Source: a virus
Lineage: Duplodnaviria; Caudoviricetes
DNA length: 36,232 nt
Reading direction: 5' to 3' (one strand)
Virus record (IMG/VR): IMGVR_UViG_3300020310_000005
Span: 1 to 36,232 of that record
The stretch's first letter is position 1, and every line of letters begins with the position of its first letter. Below, one piece after another: positions 10,001 through 18,725 of this stretch. Under the pieces are notes generated by a model, which did not search any database, was not told where the DNA came from, and saw only the letters and a list, made by a program, of their open reading frames with translations. Both the position numbers and the translations under genes were made by a program.

Positions 10001-13000
10001 TATCAGATTCTTCTCTTTCATATACAAGAGGTTCTGAACAATATCCAGCATTTGAATTAGAATTTTATAGAGATGCTTCTTATACTGACAAATATGAAAC
10101 AAATGCTACAAGTAGGCAATTTGATATTGTTAGAACTGGTACTGTAGGGGTAACAGCAGATGCTAAATTAACACTTGCCGTTAATAAAGATACTCCAGAT
10201 GTATTCTACTATAAATTAACTCCTGTTGATAAAATAGAAAACCCTCAAGTTTATAAGGATCTTGTAATAGACGACATTATTGATGGTTATAATCAGGTTA
10301 ATATTAAAGAGAGTGATTATGCTGGTAAATTTAATATTCTTTTAGAATCCGAAAATACATTTACATATAACCTAGGCAAATATCCAGAAAGTGATTCATA
10401 TTCTGGATCCACATCACAGTTAGAGTATGATACAAACTCTACATCTGCTTATGGACGTATTACTGATATTCAAATTATTAGTACTGGAAGTGGTTACCCA
10501 GAAGTACCTGGAATTACTACAGTAACTTCTGATACTGGAAGTGGATTCATATTGGAAGCATCTAGTAAAACAATAGGAAGAATTAATAAATCTAGAATAG
10601 AAAATATTGGATTTGACTATCCTACTGATAAAACTTTAAGACCAGCAGTTGCATTCCCACAAATTTTAAAAATCGAGGCATTAACTGGATTTGATTTTGT
10701 TGGAGTTACTTCTTTAGGAAGAGGATATAATACTGCACCGAGTCTGGTAGTTGTTGATAATAGAACCAAGAAACAGATTACTGATGTTGATTTAAGATAT
10801 CATCTTGGTGTTTCTGGAGCACATGTTGAGATTTTAGAAAATACAAATAGTTTATTTAATACAACTCCTACAATTTTACCTACAGGAAACCCTAATGGTA
10901 TTAAGATGAAAGAGTTTAGTTATAATACTAATACTCAAGTAGTAACTGCCACATATAAAAATCCTGTCAGTAGAGTTGAAGATTTTACATTAGAAGTTGG
11001 TGATAGAATTATGGTTGAAAACGTCAGTGTTGGCGTTGGTTCAACTGGTCTTGGATATAATTCTATAAATTATGATTATAATTTATTCACTATAACAGGT
11101 GTTAGTACCAATTTAGGAGCATTCCCAACAATAACTTATAGTATGGCAGACTTCCTTAATAAGGATGCTAATCAGTTACCTGGAAGATTCCAAAGTGTTA
11201 CATCTGGTGCAATAGTAACTCCAGAAAAATATTTCCCACAGTTTGATTCTATTTTAGCAAGTAATCAATTTAATCCCGCAGAAGGTGTAACTAATGGAAC
11301 AGCAGTTGGTAATGTATTTAAATGGGATCCAGAGACTGGAGAATTAGTAGTAGAGAGTAATAGAGATTTTGAGGTTGGTACTATTATAGAATCTAAAGAA
11401 ACTGGTTCTAAAGGAAAAATTGTTAGTAAATTGTCTACAGATTCAATATATGATTTAGATTATTATTCTATTGTTGAAAATGGTTGGGAATATACTACAG
11501 GATTCTTAAATGATGAATTGCAAAGAATTCATGATAATGAGTATTATCAGAACTTCTCATATGCTATTAAATCTAGAGTTACTTTTGATGATTGGAAAGA
11601 TGTTGTCAGTTCATTAAATCATGCTGCAGGATTTAAAAAGTTTAGTGATTTACAATTAGAATCTATACAAGATGATCCAAATGGTTTAGAAATAGGAGTT
11701 GATTCTGAAACTGAAGTTGTTGTAGATTTTCAAGGTTATGAGAGTTTACATTCTGTTGAAACATTTGATTTAGCTACTGAAAATTATCTTGTTGGTGATA
11801 AAACATTCTCTGATGAAATTAACTTTGAAAATCGTATCTTAACAGATTATGCACAGTCTGTTGGAAATAGAGTTCTGAATGTAGATGATATTAGTGGTGA
11901 TTTTGATGATAATGCAAGAACATCAAGATATGCTGATGTCTTTAGACAATCTACTAAAGATGGTAGATCCCAGAAGATAGTTGCTTATGTAAGAGATAGA
12001 TTATATGGTGGTGAAAGGCAGTTGATGATAATTAATGCCTTACATGATATTGATCGTGGTTTCTCAATGATCAACCAGTATGGTGATGTTAGTACTGTTG
12101 AGGATCTTGGAAGTTATGATTATGTCTATGAGGGTGGTGAAACTATCTTAAGATACTTCCCAACCAAGTTTGAAATTAATAATTATAACATAAGAACATT
12201 CTCATATAACCTTGATAAGAATGTACTTGGAATTGAGACTTCTGTTGCTTCAATTGGAAGTACAACAATTGGTATATCAACCGACTTTACTGGGTCTTTG
12301 GTTAGTATCGCAAGTACTAATGTACAAATAGCAGGTGGAGCAGCAGATGAAATTTATAGGTTTGTTGGAGTTGGAACTAATATATCAGGAACTAGATCTG
12401 CAAAAATATTAGTTACTGCTGAAACTGATACTGGAAGAGTTGAATATGATGAAGTAAGTTTAATATCTGATGGAACTAATGTTAGTTGGCAGGAATTTGG
12501 TCAATTAACTATTCATAGTTACCTAGATCCATATTCATCAGCAGGTAATATTGGAACCTTCTTTTCTTATATGAATGGTGAGGATATTGTTCTTAAGTAT
12601 ACACCCGATGCTGGATTTACAACAACAAGAGTTAATGCAATTGCAGTAGCATTCTCTACTGAAAGATACAAAAACGAATCACAAAGTGATTATGAATTCC
12701 AGTATGGATCTATGCAAGTGCAGAGTAAGTTCATGGAGGCTGCTGCTGATCCCGATGCTGTTGGTATTGCAAGTTATGCTGATGACTATGATGCTGCATA
12801 CTTCATAGTACAAGCAAGTGATATGGCAACTAACTCACATTGCTTAACTGAAGGTATTATTGTTGATGACTATGCAGATAATGGAAATGATACAGTCTAT
12901 ATGACTCAATATGGTGAGATTCATGTTGGTGCTGCTTTCACTGACCTAGGTACTATTGACGGAAGAAGAGGATCAGGAGATAGAACAGAAATTACATATA

Positions 13001-16000
13001 GACCTGCTTCTGGTAGAGATATTGATGTTAAAATCTTTATGAATACCCTTCGGGTTGATGAGAATACTAATGTATCTCCTGGTGGTAGAGAAGTTGGTGG
13101 AGATATATTAAAAGAATTTAATAATGCAACTATTGAAACAAATGGTGCAACATACGAAGGAACTGAAAATACAGTTAAGAAACAATTTAATCTTACATAT
13201 AAGACTGATGATATCTTTAGAAGGAACTTTGATGGATCAAGTGAAACTACTGTCAATGTATCTAACAATACACTTGAAATACCAAACCACTTCTTTGTAA
13301 CTGGTGAAGAACTTAAGTATAGTGTTAAAACAGGATTTACTACAGATACTATCAGTATTGCAAATACTAGTTTTGCTGGTATTGGATCAACTACTCGTAT
13401 GCCTTCATCAGTCTTTGTTATTAAGCAAAGTGAGAATATCATTAAACTTGCAAGAAGTGCTGAAGATGCATTGAAATCAAATCCTGTTGAGTTAGATATC
13501 ACTTCTGTTGGTATTGGAACATCGCATTCATTTACTTCTACAAATCAAAACCAAAAGGTTTTGATGTTGATTGATAATATGATTCAGTCTCCAATTGCTG
13601 GAACATCTGTTACTACAACTTTAGCAGATAGTGCTGCATTAGCACAGGATGTTATTAAATTTACAGGTATATCATCATTTGCGGGAGCAGATTATATTCA
13701 AGTTGGTAGTGGTAATACTATAGAATGTATGAAGATACTTTCTGTTGGTATTGGGTCAACAAACCAAATTAAGGTTAGACGTGGATGGTTAGGAACTCCT
13801 GAAGCAGGATTTGGAACTGGTGCATTAGTACAGAAGATCAGAGGACATTATAATATTGTTGAAAATGATATTCATTTCATTGAACCACCTCATGGAGCAC
13901 AACCTTTTGGTACTTCTACAAATCCTCCAGATCAAAGAGATTACCTAGGTATCACTACATCTTCTAGTTTCCAAGGTAGGGTCTTTATGAGATCTGGTGT
14001 GGAGAATACTGCTAGTGAAACATATACATCTAACTATCTTTATGACGATATTTCAAATAAATTTACTGGATATGATAAGGAATTCCCATTAACAGTAGAT
14101 AAGCAGGCTATTACTGGAGTTTCTACTAATAATGCAATCATTATAATAAATGGTGTATTCCAAGGACCAGGTGCAAACAATAACTATACGATGAGTGAAG
14201 TTGGTGGTGGTACTTCAATTTCATTTACTGGTAGTGCAAGTTCTGTTGGATTTGATCCTAATAATGCAAATATTCCTGTTGGTGGTGTTATCGTTTCTGT
14301 TAGTTCAACTGATGGATTTGGATATCAACCTTTAGTCTCTGCTGGTGGTACAGTAACAGTTTCTGCTGCAGGTACGATTAGTAATATTACGATTGGAAAT
14401 ACTGGTTCTGGATATAGAGTTGGTATTCAAACTGTTAACGTTGCAATTCAAACATCAAGTAATTTAGATGCTCAAAGTTTCCTTGATAGATCTTCCTTTA
14501 TTGGAATGGGTACTGCACAAATTACTGATGGTAATATAACTGGAATTGCAATTACAAATACTGGAATAATCTATACTCCAAGAGATATTAGTAATGCTGG
14601 ATATAGTTCAGTAACTGGTATCACTACAATTACAACAACAAAACCACATGGATTAGTGGTTGGTGATGATATTAGAATTAGTGGATTAGCATTTACTTGT
14701 GAGTATGCGAAATCGATGTCAATATCGACTGCATCTTTTGGTCATACAAGTGGTATTATGACAGTAAGTGTTGGACTCAATACTGTAGGAGTTACAACAT
14801 TCTCATATGATAATGTAGTTGGAGTAGGTACAGTTACATTATCTGAACCTCATAAGATTGCTCATGCTACTGGTGTTGGTAGAAGTTTCACTCTTGCTCT
14901 ATTAAATGTTGGTATTGCTCGTTCTGGTGTTGATTATGGATCTACTACTTGGCCCAATTCAGACACTGCAACAGGAGATACATTCCAAATATTAAGTGTT
15001 CCTAGTCCTACAGAACTAGCATTTACTGCAGGTATTAGCACACTGACCCATACTTACACATCTGGTGGTCATTTAGGATTTGGTCATAAGATGAAGGTTG
15101 GTGATACTACCATCTTAACTGGATTGGCATTCACTGGTCATTCTGGTCTTACTACTGATTACTATCCACATGGAAAAGATGCTGCATATGATACTTCTGT
15201 TGAGATTACAAATGATGGTACAACACATACAGTAACAAATGCATCTTATAACCCCACTACTGGTGTATTAACTCTTACAGTTCCTTCTCATGGATTCTCA
15301 AATGGAGACAAGATTAGATTAGTTGATAGTTCATTAACATTTACTTGTTCGCAGAATAATCATAAGACTCAACACGAATATCCAAGAGCGACAGACCCTT
15401 CTAGTGGTGAGTGGTTAACAATATCAAATAAGACAACCAATACTTTTAGAGTTAATGTATTAACTAATACACCTGCTTCCAACACAAGTACATATACCTT
15501 TGTATCTGCAATAGCAGATGGACTAATTCATCAAGGTGCAACAGTTACTGTTAATGTTGGTAGTGCTGGTGATAACGATTCATATACACATACATTTGTT
15601 AGTGCAGCAACTAGTGCCATAGTTTCTGGTGGTAACTATTCACATAACTTTGCTTATGCTATTAAGGGTGGAGTGAGATCTGGTGGTAATTACCTCCACA
15701 CATTTGCAAGTGCAGTTGCTGGTGGAGTTGATGCATCAGGAGTTGGTACAATGACTCCTACTGATGCATCATATGATCCAACAACTGGTGATTTGGTTCT
15801 TACAATTGCAAATCACGGATTAAACACAGGTAATACTGTTTCAATTGCTACAAGTGCAATAACATTTACTTGTTCCATGGATCAGCATAATACTGATCAT
15901 GCATATCCTAGAGCAACAGACCCTGTTGCTGGTATACAAACAGCAGTTACTGGATTTACAACAAGTACCTTTACTATAAATGTTGGAACGAGTCCGATTG

Positions 16001-18687
16001 TAACCCATAATGTCACAAACGCTGTATATACGCCTACAACTGGAGCACTCGTATTAACTCTTGATGATACTCATGGATTGCTTACAGGAAAGAGTGTAAG
16101 AATTGTAGATGAATCTCTATTCTTTACTTGTGATATGGATGGAAACAGTAGTTACCACCCATATCCAAGATCTACTGATCCAGTATCATATAATGCAGTT
16201 TCAATTGCATCAACCACAACTACTACAATTACTCTCAATGTTGGTGTAACAACAACTGTTTACTACAATGTTGCTGTTGGTTCTGGATCTTCTGCCACAT
16301 CATATAACGCATCAACTGGTGATCTTGTACTTAACGTTGGTATGGGTCATAGTTTGAGAAAAGGAAGAAGTATTAAGATTGCTACTGATTCATTAAGCTT
16401 CAAATGCACCAAGGATGGTAATGCCACAAATCACACCTATCCAAGAGTACCAACAGACAACTATCGTGGTATGGAAGTTGTTGGAATTGGTACAACAGTT
16501 ACAGAACTTTCAATAAGTGCTGGAATAGCAACACTTGCGAAATATTATCAAGGTGGAGGAGTAATTCAGGAAGCATTAATAACACCTAGAGGTACTGATG
16601 CTGGTGCTGGTGGAATGACTATTCTTACAGTAATTGACACCAAATCATTTACAGTTAATAGTGGTAAATCTGAATATCATCATTTATATGCACGAGGTGG
16701 ATCTGTAACTAGAAAGATGGACGTTGTAATCGATGATCCTTTATCCTATACAGATATTCCTCTTGCTTATAGTTCAATTTCTCCTGGTATTGGTGGATTA
16801 CAAGCAACTGCAGACATAGTTGTTAGTATGGGTTCTACCATAATTGACTTTGAGATTAAAAATACTGGTTATGGTTATAATGTTGGTCATATTCTAACAT
16901 TACCAATAACTGGTGCAATAGGAATTCCAACAACATCTAGTGCTAATTTCAATGAATTCAAATTAGAAATATTAGAAGCAGATTATGATGTTTTCACTGG
17001 ATGGTCAATAGGACAACTTCAAGTTCTTGATAATTTTGCATCACTATTTGATGGTGTTAGAAAGACATTCCCTATTACTTTAGATGGTGAGGTTTTATCA
17101 ATTCAGGCGAAGAGAGGTTCTTTAATAAGCATTCAAGACACTATTCTCGTGTTTATTAATGACATTTTACAAGTTCCTGGAAAAGGATATGAATTTAGTG
17201 GTGGTAGTCAGATATCCTTTACTGAAGCACCTAAAGGCCCTTCAAATGATGGATTGTATGATGGTGACACTATGAAGTTCCTATTCTATAAAGGAACTGG
17301 TGGTGGTGATGTTATTGATGTTGATGTTATAGAAACTGTCAAGAAGGGAGATGATTTACGTTTAGAATATGATTCGAGGGTAAATGCTGGTCTATATGGA
17401 TTGCAAGAAGATACAAGAACAGTTTCTCAAGTTACTTCTACAAATTCTGTTGATACAAATATCTACTTCGGGCCAGGATTGACTGAAGATGGTTCTTTAA
17501 CTAGATCTGTCACTTGGACTAGACAACTTGAAGATAAGTATATTGATGGTAAGATTATTGGAAAGGATCGTGAATTGTATGATGCTAATATTTTCCCATA
17601 CGCACATCTAATACAACCCGTAGGTGTTGGAACTACAATTGCATATGTTGATAATTTAAGACCAATTTTTGATCCTCAAAATGAAAGTCAAGTAAGTACC
17701 AATTTCCAGAAGAGTGTTACTATAGTATCTCAAGCAGATAAACTTGGTGCTGCAGCAACCTCATTTGTTGGTGGTGGATCCACGGTCATATCTGTTGCAA
17801 TATCAACTGGTGGCAGAGGATACACATCTGCTCCTCAAGTAACAATTCAGAATCCTGTTGGATTAGGAACAACTGCTAAAGCAGAAGCAACAGCATCTAT
17901 TACTGATGGTGTTGTAACCTCAATTACTATTACTAATGATGGTGGAGTTGGATACTCACAAACCACTCATCCTTATGTTTTGATTAGTCCACCTACATAT
18001 ACTAGGGAAAATAATAGCGTTGATTCCTACAATGGTGATTCTGGAGTAATTGTTGGATTTGGTACAACTAGTACCTCTTCTGGTCCTGAATTAGTATTTG
18101 ACTTATTCATTCCAGAGGATTCTAATTTAAGAGATGCTGCAATTACTGGAACAGCAGTAACGCAATGTGGTATAACTACTTCTGATTATTTCACAGTCTT
18201 TAACTCCAATGTTGGAGTTGCTGATACTGGTGCTGGTATTGGTGTTACACCATTTACATCAAAATCAATAGATGATCGTGTAATTGGATTCTCAACTCAA
18301 TTTGTTGATGCCATCTTCCAAGTTGGTAGTGCTGATATTATTGAGAGGCATGTGTTAGGAATTGGTATGACATCTGTTACCAGAATTCATACATCAGTTC
18401 TAACTGGTATTGGTACCGAAAACTTGGATTCTGTTGGAATCACAATGGATACAACTTCATTGACATTTGATAATGAAGCAAGTGGTAACGTCTACGCAGG
18501 TACAATTTCTACAACTACTAATGGTCAAGCTTACTTTGGTAATTATAGTTGGGGTAAGATTGTACTAGGACCGAGGATTGCTTCCAATTCTTATACTTAT
18601 TATGGACAACAAGGTTTTGCTGGTATTTCCACTGGTGACATGATATTCAGAAGACCTAAATTGAAGACCGTTGGTTATTCTACTTAA
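4096..18687 (+). CDS. gp7: Giant baseplate wedge initiator (gp7-like) with multiple inserted and appended repeat domains
   Basis: 4,863-aa uninterrupted ORF after gp6. It carries gp7-like segments 'NQLPEYVRSDFP...FL.AYY', 'KDFYSTRGTDESFKILF' and 'IHDNEYYQNFSYAIKS...W...V..LNHAAGFKKF'. Confidence 0.8.
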   Translation: MTLKKVQLNKIVKNQLPEYVRSDFPLVGEFLSAYYKGQEYQGAPIDLVNNIDSYIKLSECGNITKSTTLTTRIEETDTDILVGNTDGFPDNNGLIKINDEIISYESKTDIRFLNCTRGFSGITSFENPTEPEDLIFSTSTAVPHDEDVVVENLSILFLEEFLRKAKHQLLYGIQRDLDPKLNQSTFIRQSKDFYSTRGTDESFKILFAALFNEKAEVIRPMDRVVSPSNANFKKTRDIIVESVLGDPIDLINKTLFQDSFENISKAYAPVSHVESINVGINTNIFYKISLDNSWNQNDGSTELLYGDFSAHSKSIIVGDVGIAQTFIDVDSTLGFPNSGTLSFVYANGESGIATYSYKTLNQFLGINATSIASSITDKSYIDQDTFAYSAGAGTTDGIRVKIRSVLNNLQIPTNTRYYNEGSKIKIKSLGHIGNNFNQNNWIFNTIQNYDIKELKLIDQLNFTYRLVTKDPNIFRIGDNIRLYDKNGVLLDNQYEVRDAYDSDTVLIRGEGIPQDTTTIVNARRDFSRVDSDIHSDLNRLIANVQNVYVGGDSVLVASNSLPSHGKLKLNPRDQKVKISGKYNNEAEEIILTVGIDHNFYTGDAVYYTPEKGSAIITDWKGDEFYQEWIKSQLFDEGLYFVKRIDDHIVKLAKSLPNIYNNIFVSVNASGGDSIEINDNTIEKYYFHEKKIQPQKLLRKISKPVQDGKVHETPIGYTGILIDGVEVLNYKSRDTVYAGQLDAIEVNKGGQNYDVINPPLLGINDSVGSGATGYVAVEGSFQEIRVLDSGFDFIDVPIVKITGGNGEGATAEAKIITAEHEVTFDATGVSTSIQIGIDTSIIGFTTYHKFRTGERIEYKTFGKKALAGLNTGATYYVGVVDNKNVKLYTSFDGSVAGVGTTGFNDYGEGYHSLKSLKGKAVVGTIQVTNPGTGYENKQRTLQPVGVDTALNIIHIHDHGYRDQEIVQYSSDGNVIEGLSTSLDYYVKVINKDSFKLANVGVGTTVKDFYYRTEQWSNFRSIGVGTHSFNYPPISVTVTGSVGISSIEGDTFQCIAQPIVRGQITSIHLTENGVGYGASEVLNFERNPDITLNQGRGVYLSPVVHNGSIVDVSVSLGGTDYNTPPNIVVSGLGTGAELVPEMNAQGNIVSVKVNKGGIGYGVSTTTVRAEVAGKKASFRPLVQQWRVNNFKRNFANLLNDDIFIDRPTNRAFDLQCSYAYAPRSLRKILYTSGSDGDILYGKKDLTLKNNQEIGQDKHSPIIGWAYDGHPIYGPYGYTTRTGGTITQMKSGYTENATARVNRPPTTVFPEEFFVEDFKWSYSTDDGILDENNGRFCVTPEYPNGTYAYFSTFEADVEGTGPFVDFKKPAFPYLIGENFNAAPEKFNYERLSNQDDINLNDTDWIRNTFPYALDKDNSGYDYVQESYTYSTQDSIIKSTEKSGIDAVGIVTGGTKYQVGDKVVFEQNTPHNFSAAARVSKVAGAGIATISINAVQLDDVELYPSGAKGEFIGIATTSHGIINNTVLTISGLSTTSSKLEGSYNVGITTNQLSLTVGIATEAVTGIVTYLSVNGNLTYPAIKENDRLRLSGILTTGNFGDEEVKVLNVDRLNSRIRVLRDLKAQTGLSHTATTVIKDIPRKFYFYTGITTTYSPKLNTEYYFYPGESVGLGTATPIGIAGTVVGSGSTITFENPGAGITTIFVESQSIYLPNHKLQTGDEVTYHTNTGTSIGIITAANNVAIGTEIALNLYPSLYVARIDRDHIGVSSVKVGMGSTGMFVGAATSTAHTGLVYFAGVGTGVYHSFKTQSYTDIIKGSIEQNRVTVATASTHGLSHNNTVDITVNPRNTGITTVQYNKPNRKVVTRGLGFTASGVTSTTSLTGTPDSISIINHGLITGQKVIHKSETPAGGLVHEKEYFVYVIDRNKIKLCLDKYESQKSIPTFVGIHTANVGTLCEVNPTLNFYRDSNITFDLSDSSLSYTRGSEQYPAFELEFYRDASYTDKYETNATSRQFDIVRTGTVGVTADAKLTLAVNKDTPDVFYYKLTPVDKIENPQVYKDLVIDDIIDGYNQVNIKESDYAGKFNILLESENTFTYNLGKYPESDSYSGSTSQLEYDTNSTSAYGRITDIQIISTGSGYPEVPGITTVTSDTGSGFILEASSKTIGRINKSRIENIGFDYPTDKTLRPAVAFPQILKIEALTGFDFVGVTSLGRGYNTAPSLVVVDNRTKKQITDVDLRYHLGVSGAHVEILENTNSLFNTTPTILPTGNPNGIKMKEFSYNTNTQVVTATYKNPVSRVEDFTLEVGDRIMVENVSVGVGSTGLGYNSINYDYNLFTITGVSTNLGAFPTITYSMADFLNKDANQLPGRFQSVTSGAIVTPEKYFPQFDSILASNQFNPAEGVTNGTAVGNVFKWDPETGELVVESNRDFEVGTIIESKETGSKGKIVSKLSTDSIYDLDYYSIVENGWEYTTGFLNDELQRIHDNEYYQNFSYAIKSRVTFDDWKDVVSSLNHAAGFKKFSDLQLESIQDDPNGLEIGVDSETEVVVDFQGYESLHSVETFDLATENYLVGDKTFSDEINFENRILTDYAQSVGNRVLNVDDISGDFDDNARTSRYADVFRQSTKDGRSQKIVAYVRDRLYGGERQLMIINALHDIDRGFSMINQYGDVSTVEDLGSYDYVYEGGETILRYFPTKFEINNYNIRTFSYNLDKNVLGIETSVASIGSTTIGISTDFTGSLVSIASTNVQIAGGAADEIYRFVGVGTNISGTRSAKILVTAETDTGRVEYDEVSLISDGTNVSWQEFGQLTIHSYLDPYSSAGNIGTFFSYMNGEDIVLKYTPDAGFTTTRVNAIAVAFSTERYKNESQSDYEFQYGSMQVQSKFMEAAADPDAVGIASYADDYDAAYFIVQASDMATNSHCLTEGIIVDDYADNGNDTVYMTQYGEIHVGAAFTDLGTIDGRRGSGDRTEITYRPASGRDIDVKIFMNTLRVDENTNVSPGGREVGGDILKEFNNATIETNGATYEGTENTVKKQFNLTYKTDDIFRRNFDGSSETTVNVSNNTLEIPNHFFVTGEELKYSVKTGFTTDTISIANTSFAGIGSTTRMPSSVFVIKQSENIIKLARSAEDALKSNPVELDITSVGIGTSHSFTSTNQNQKVLMLIDNMIQSPIAGTSVTTTLADSAALAQDVIKFTGISSFAGADYIQVGSGNTIECMKILSVGIGSTNQIKVRRGWLGTPEAGFGTGALVQKIRGHYNIVENDIHFIEPPHGAQPFGTSTNPPDQRDYLGITTSSSFQGRVFMRSGVENTASETYTSNYLYDDISNKFTGYDKEFPLTVDKQAITGVSTNNAIIIINGVFQGPGANNNYTMSEVGGGTSISFTGSASSVGFDPNNANIPVGGVIVSVSSTDGFGYQPLVSAGGTVTVSAAGTISNITIGNTGSGYRVGIQTVNVAIQTSSNLDAQSFLDRSSFIGMGTAQITDGNITGIAITNTGIIYTPRDISNAGYSSVTGITTITTTKPHGLVVGDDIRISGLAFTCEYAKSMSISTASFGHTSGIMTVSVGLNTVGVTTFSYDNVVGVGTVTLSEPHKIAHATGVGRSFTLALLNVGIARSGVDYGSTTWPNSDTATGDTFQILSVPSPTELAFTAGISTLTHTYTSGGHLGFGHKMKVGDTTILTGLAFTGHSGLTTDYYPHGKDAAYDTSVEITNDGTTHTVTNASYNPTTGVLTLTVPSHGFSNGDKIRLVDSSLTFTCSQNNHKTQHEYPRATDPSSGEWLTISNKTTNTFRVNVLTNTPASNTSTYTFVSAIADGLIHQGATVTVNVGSAGDNDSYTHTFVSAATSAIVSGGNYSHNFAYAIKGGVRSGGNYLHTFASAVAGGVDASGVGTMTPTDASYDPTTGDLVLTIANHGLNTGNTVSIATSAITFTCSMDQHNTDHAYPRATDPVAGIQTAVTGFTTSTFTINVGTSPIVTHNVTNAVYTPTTGALVLTLDDTHGLLTGKSVRIVDESLFFTCDMDGNSSYHPYPRSTDPVSYNAVSIASTTTTTITLNVGVTTTVYYNVAVGSGSSATSYNASTGDLVLNVGMGHSLRKGRSIKIATDSLSFKCTKDGNATNHTYPRVPTDNYRGMEVVGIGTTVTELSISAGIATLAKYYQGGGVIQEALITPRGTDAGAGGMTILTVIDTKSFTVNSGKSEYHHLYARGGSVTRKMDVVIDDPLSYTDIPLAYSSISPGIGGLQATADIVVSMGSTIIDFEIKNTGYGYNVGHILTLPITGAIGIPTTSSANFNEFKLEILEADYDVFTGWSIGQLQVLDNFASLFDGVRKTFPITLDGEVLSIQAKRGSLISIQDTILVFINDILQVPGKGYEFSGGSQISFTEAPKGPSNDGLYDGDTMKFLFYKGTGGGDVIDVDVIETVKKGDDLRLEYDSRVNAGLYGLQEDTRTVSQVTSTNSVDTNIYFGPGLTEDGSLTRSVTWTRQLEDKYIDGKIIGKDRELYDANIFPYAHLIQPVGVGTTIAYVDNLRPIFDPQNESQVSTNFQKSVTIVSQADKLGAAATSFVGGGSTVISVAISTGGRGYTSAPQVTIQNPVGLGTTAKAEATASITDGVVTSITITNDGGVGYSQTTHPYVLISPPTYTRENNSVDSYNGDSGVIVGFGTTSTSSGPELVFDLFIPEDSNLRDAAITGTAVTQCGITTSDYFTVFNSNVGVADTGAGIGVTPFTSKSIDDRVIGFSTQFVDAIFQVGSADIIERHVLGIGMTSVTRIHTSVLTGIGTENLDSVGITMDTTSLTFDNEASGNVYAGTISTTTNGQAYFGNYSWGKIVLGPRIASNSYTYYGQQGFAGISTGDMIFRRPKLKTVGYST
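14584..16460 (+). repeat. Degenerate protein-level repeats (A.Y.P.TG.L.LT...HG...G..I......FTC.......H.YPR.TDP) in gp7
   Basis: Clear copies start near 15226, 15751, 16006 and 16291, with a partial copy near 14584. They are interspersed with Y/HTF(V/A)SA motifs. Confidence 0.8.
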
Positions 18688-18695
18688 TAAAACAT

Positions 18696-18703
18696 GATAA
18701 ATA
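18696..18703 (+). promoter_or_regulatory. T4-like late promoter (GATAAATA)
   Basis: ATAAATA in the 38-bp gap, 22 bp upstream of ATG 18726. Confidence 0.65.
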
Positions 18704-18725
18704 CTTCTACTAAAACTATTCGATA

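Noticed and set aside
12921-13502. 193-aa minus-strand ORF, and the other minus-strand or alternate-frame ORFs in the track (e.g. 4254-4514, 22336-22587, 26203-26454, 28329-28532, 34919-35173)
   Set aside because: They lie inside or across well-supported + strand genes and carry no recognisable motifs. They are expected shadows of biased codon usage.
15226-16460. Repeats as CRISPR array or DGR template/variable repeats
   Set aside because: Similarity is at protein level with heavily diverged DNA. There are no identical spaced repeats, no adenine-specific mismatch pair and no reverse transcriptase in the window.
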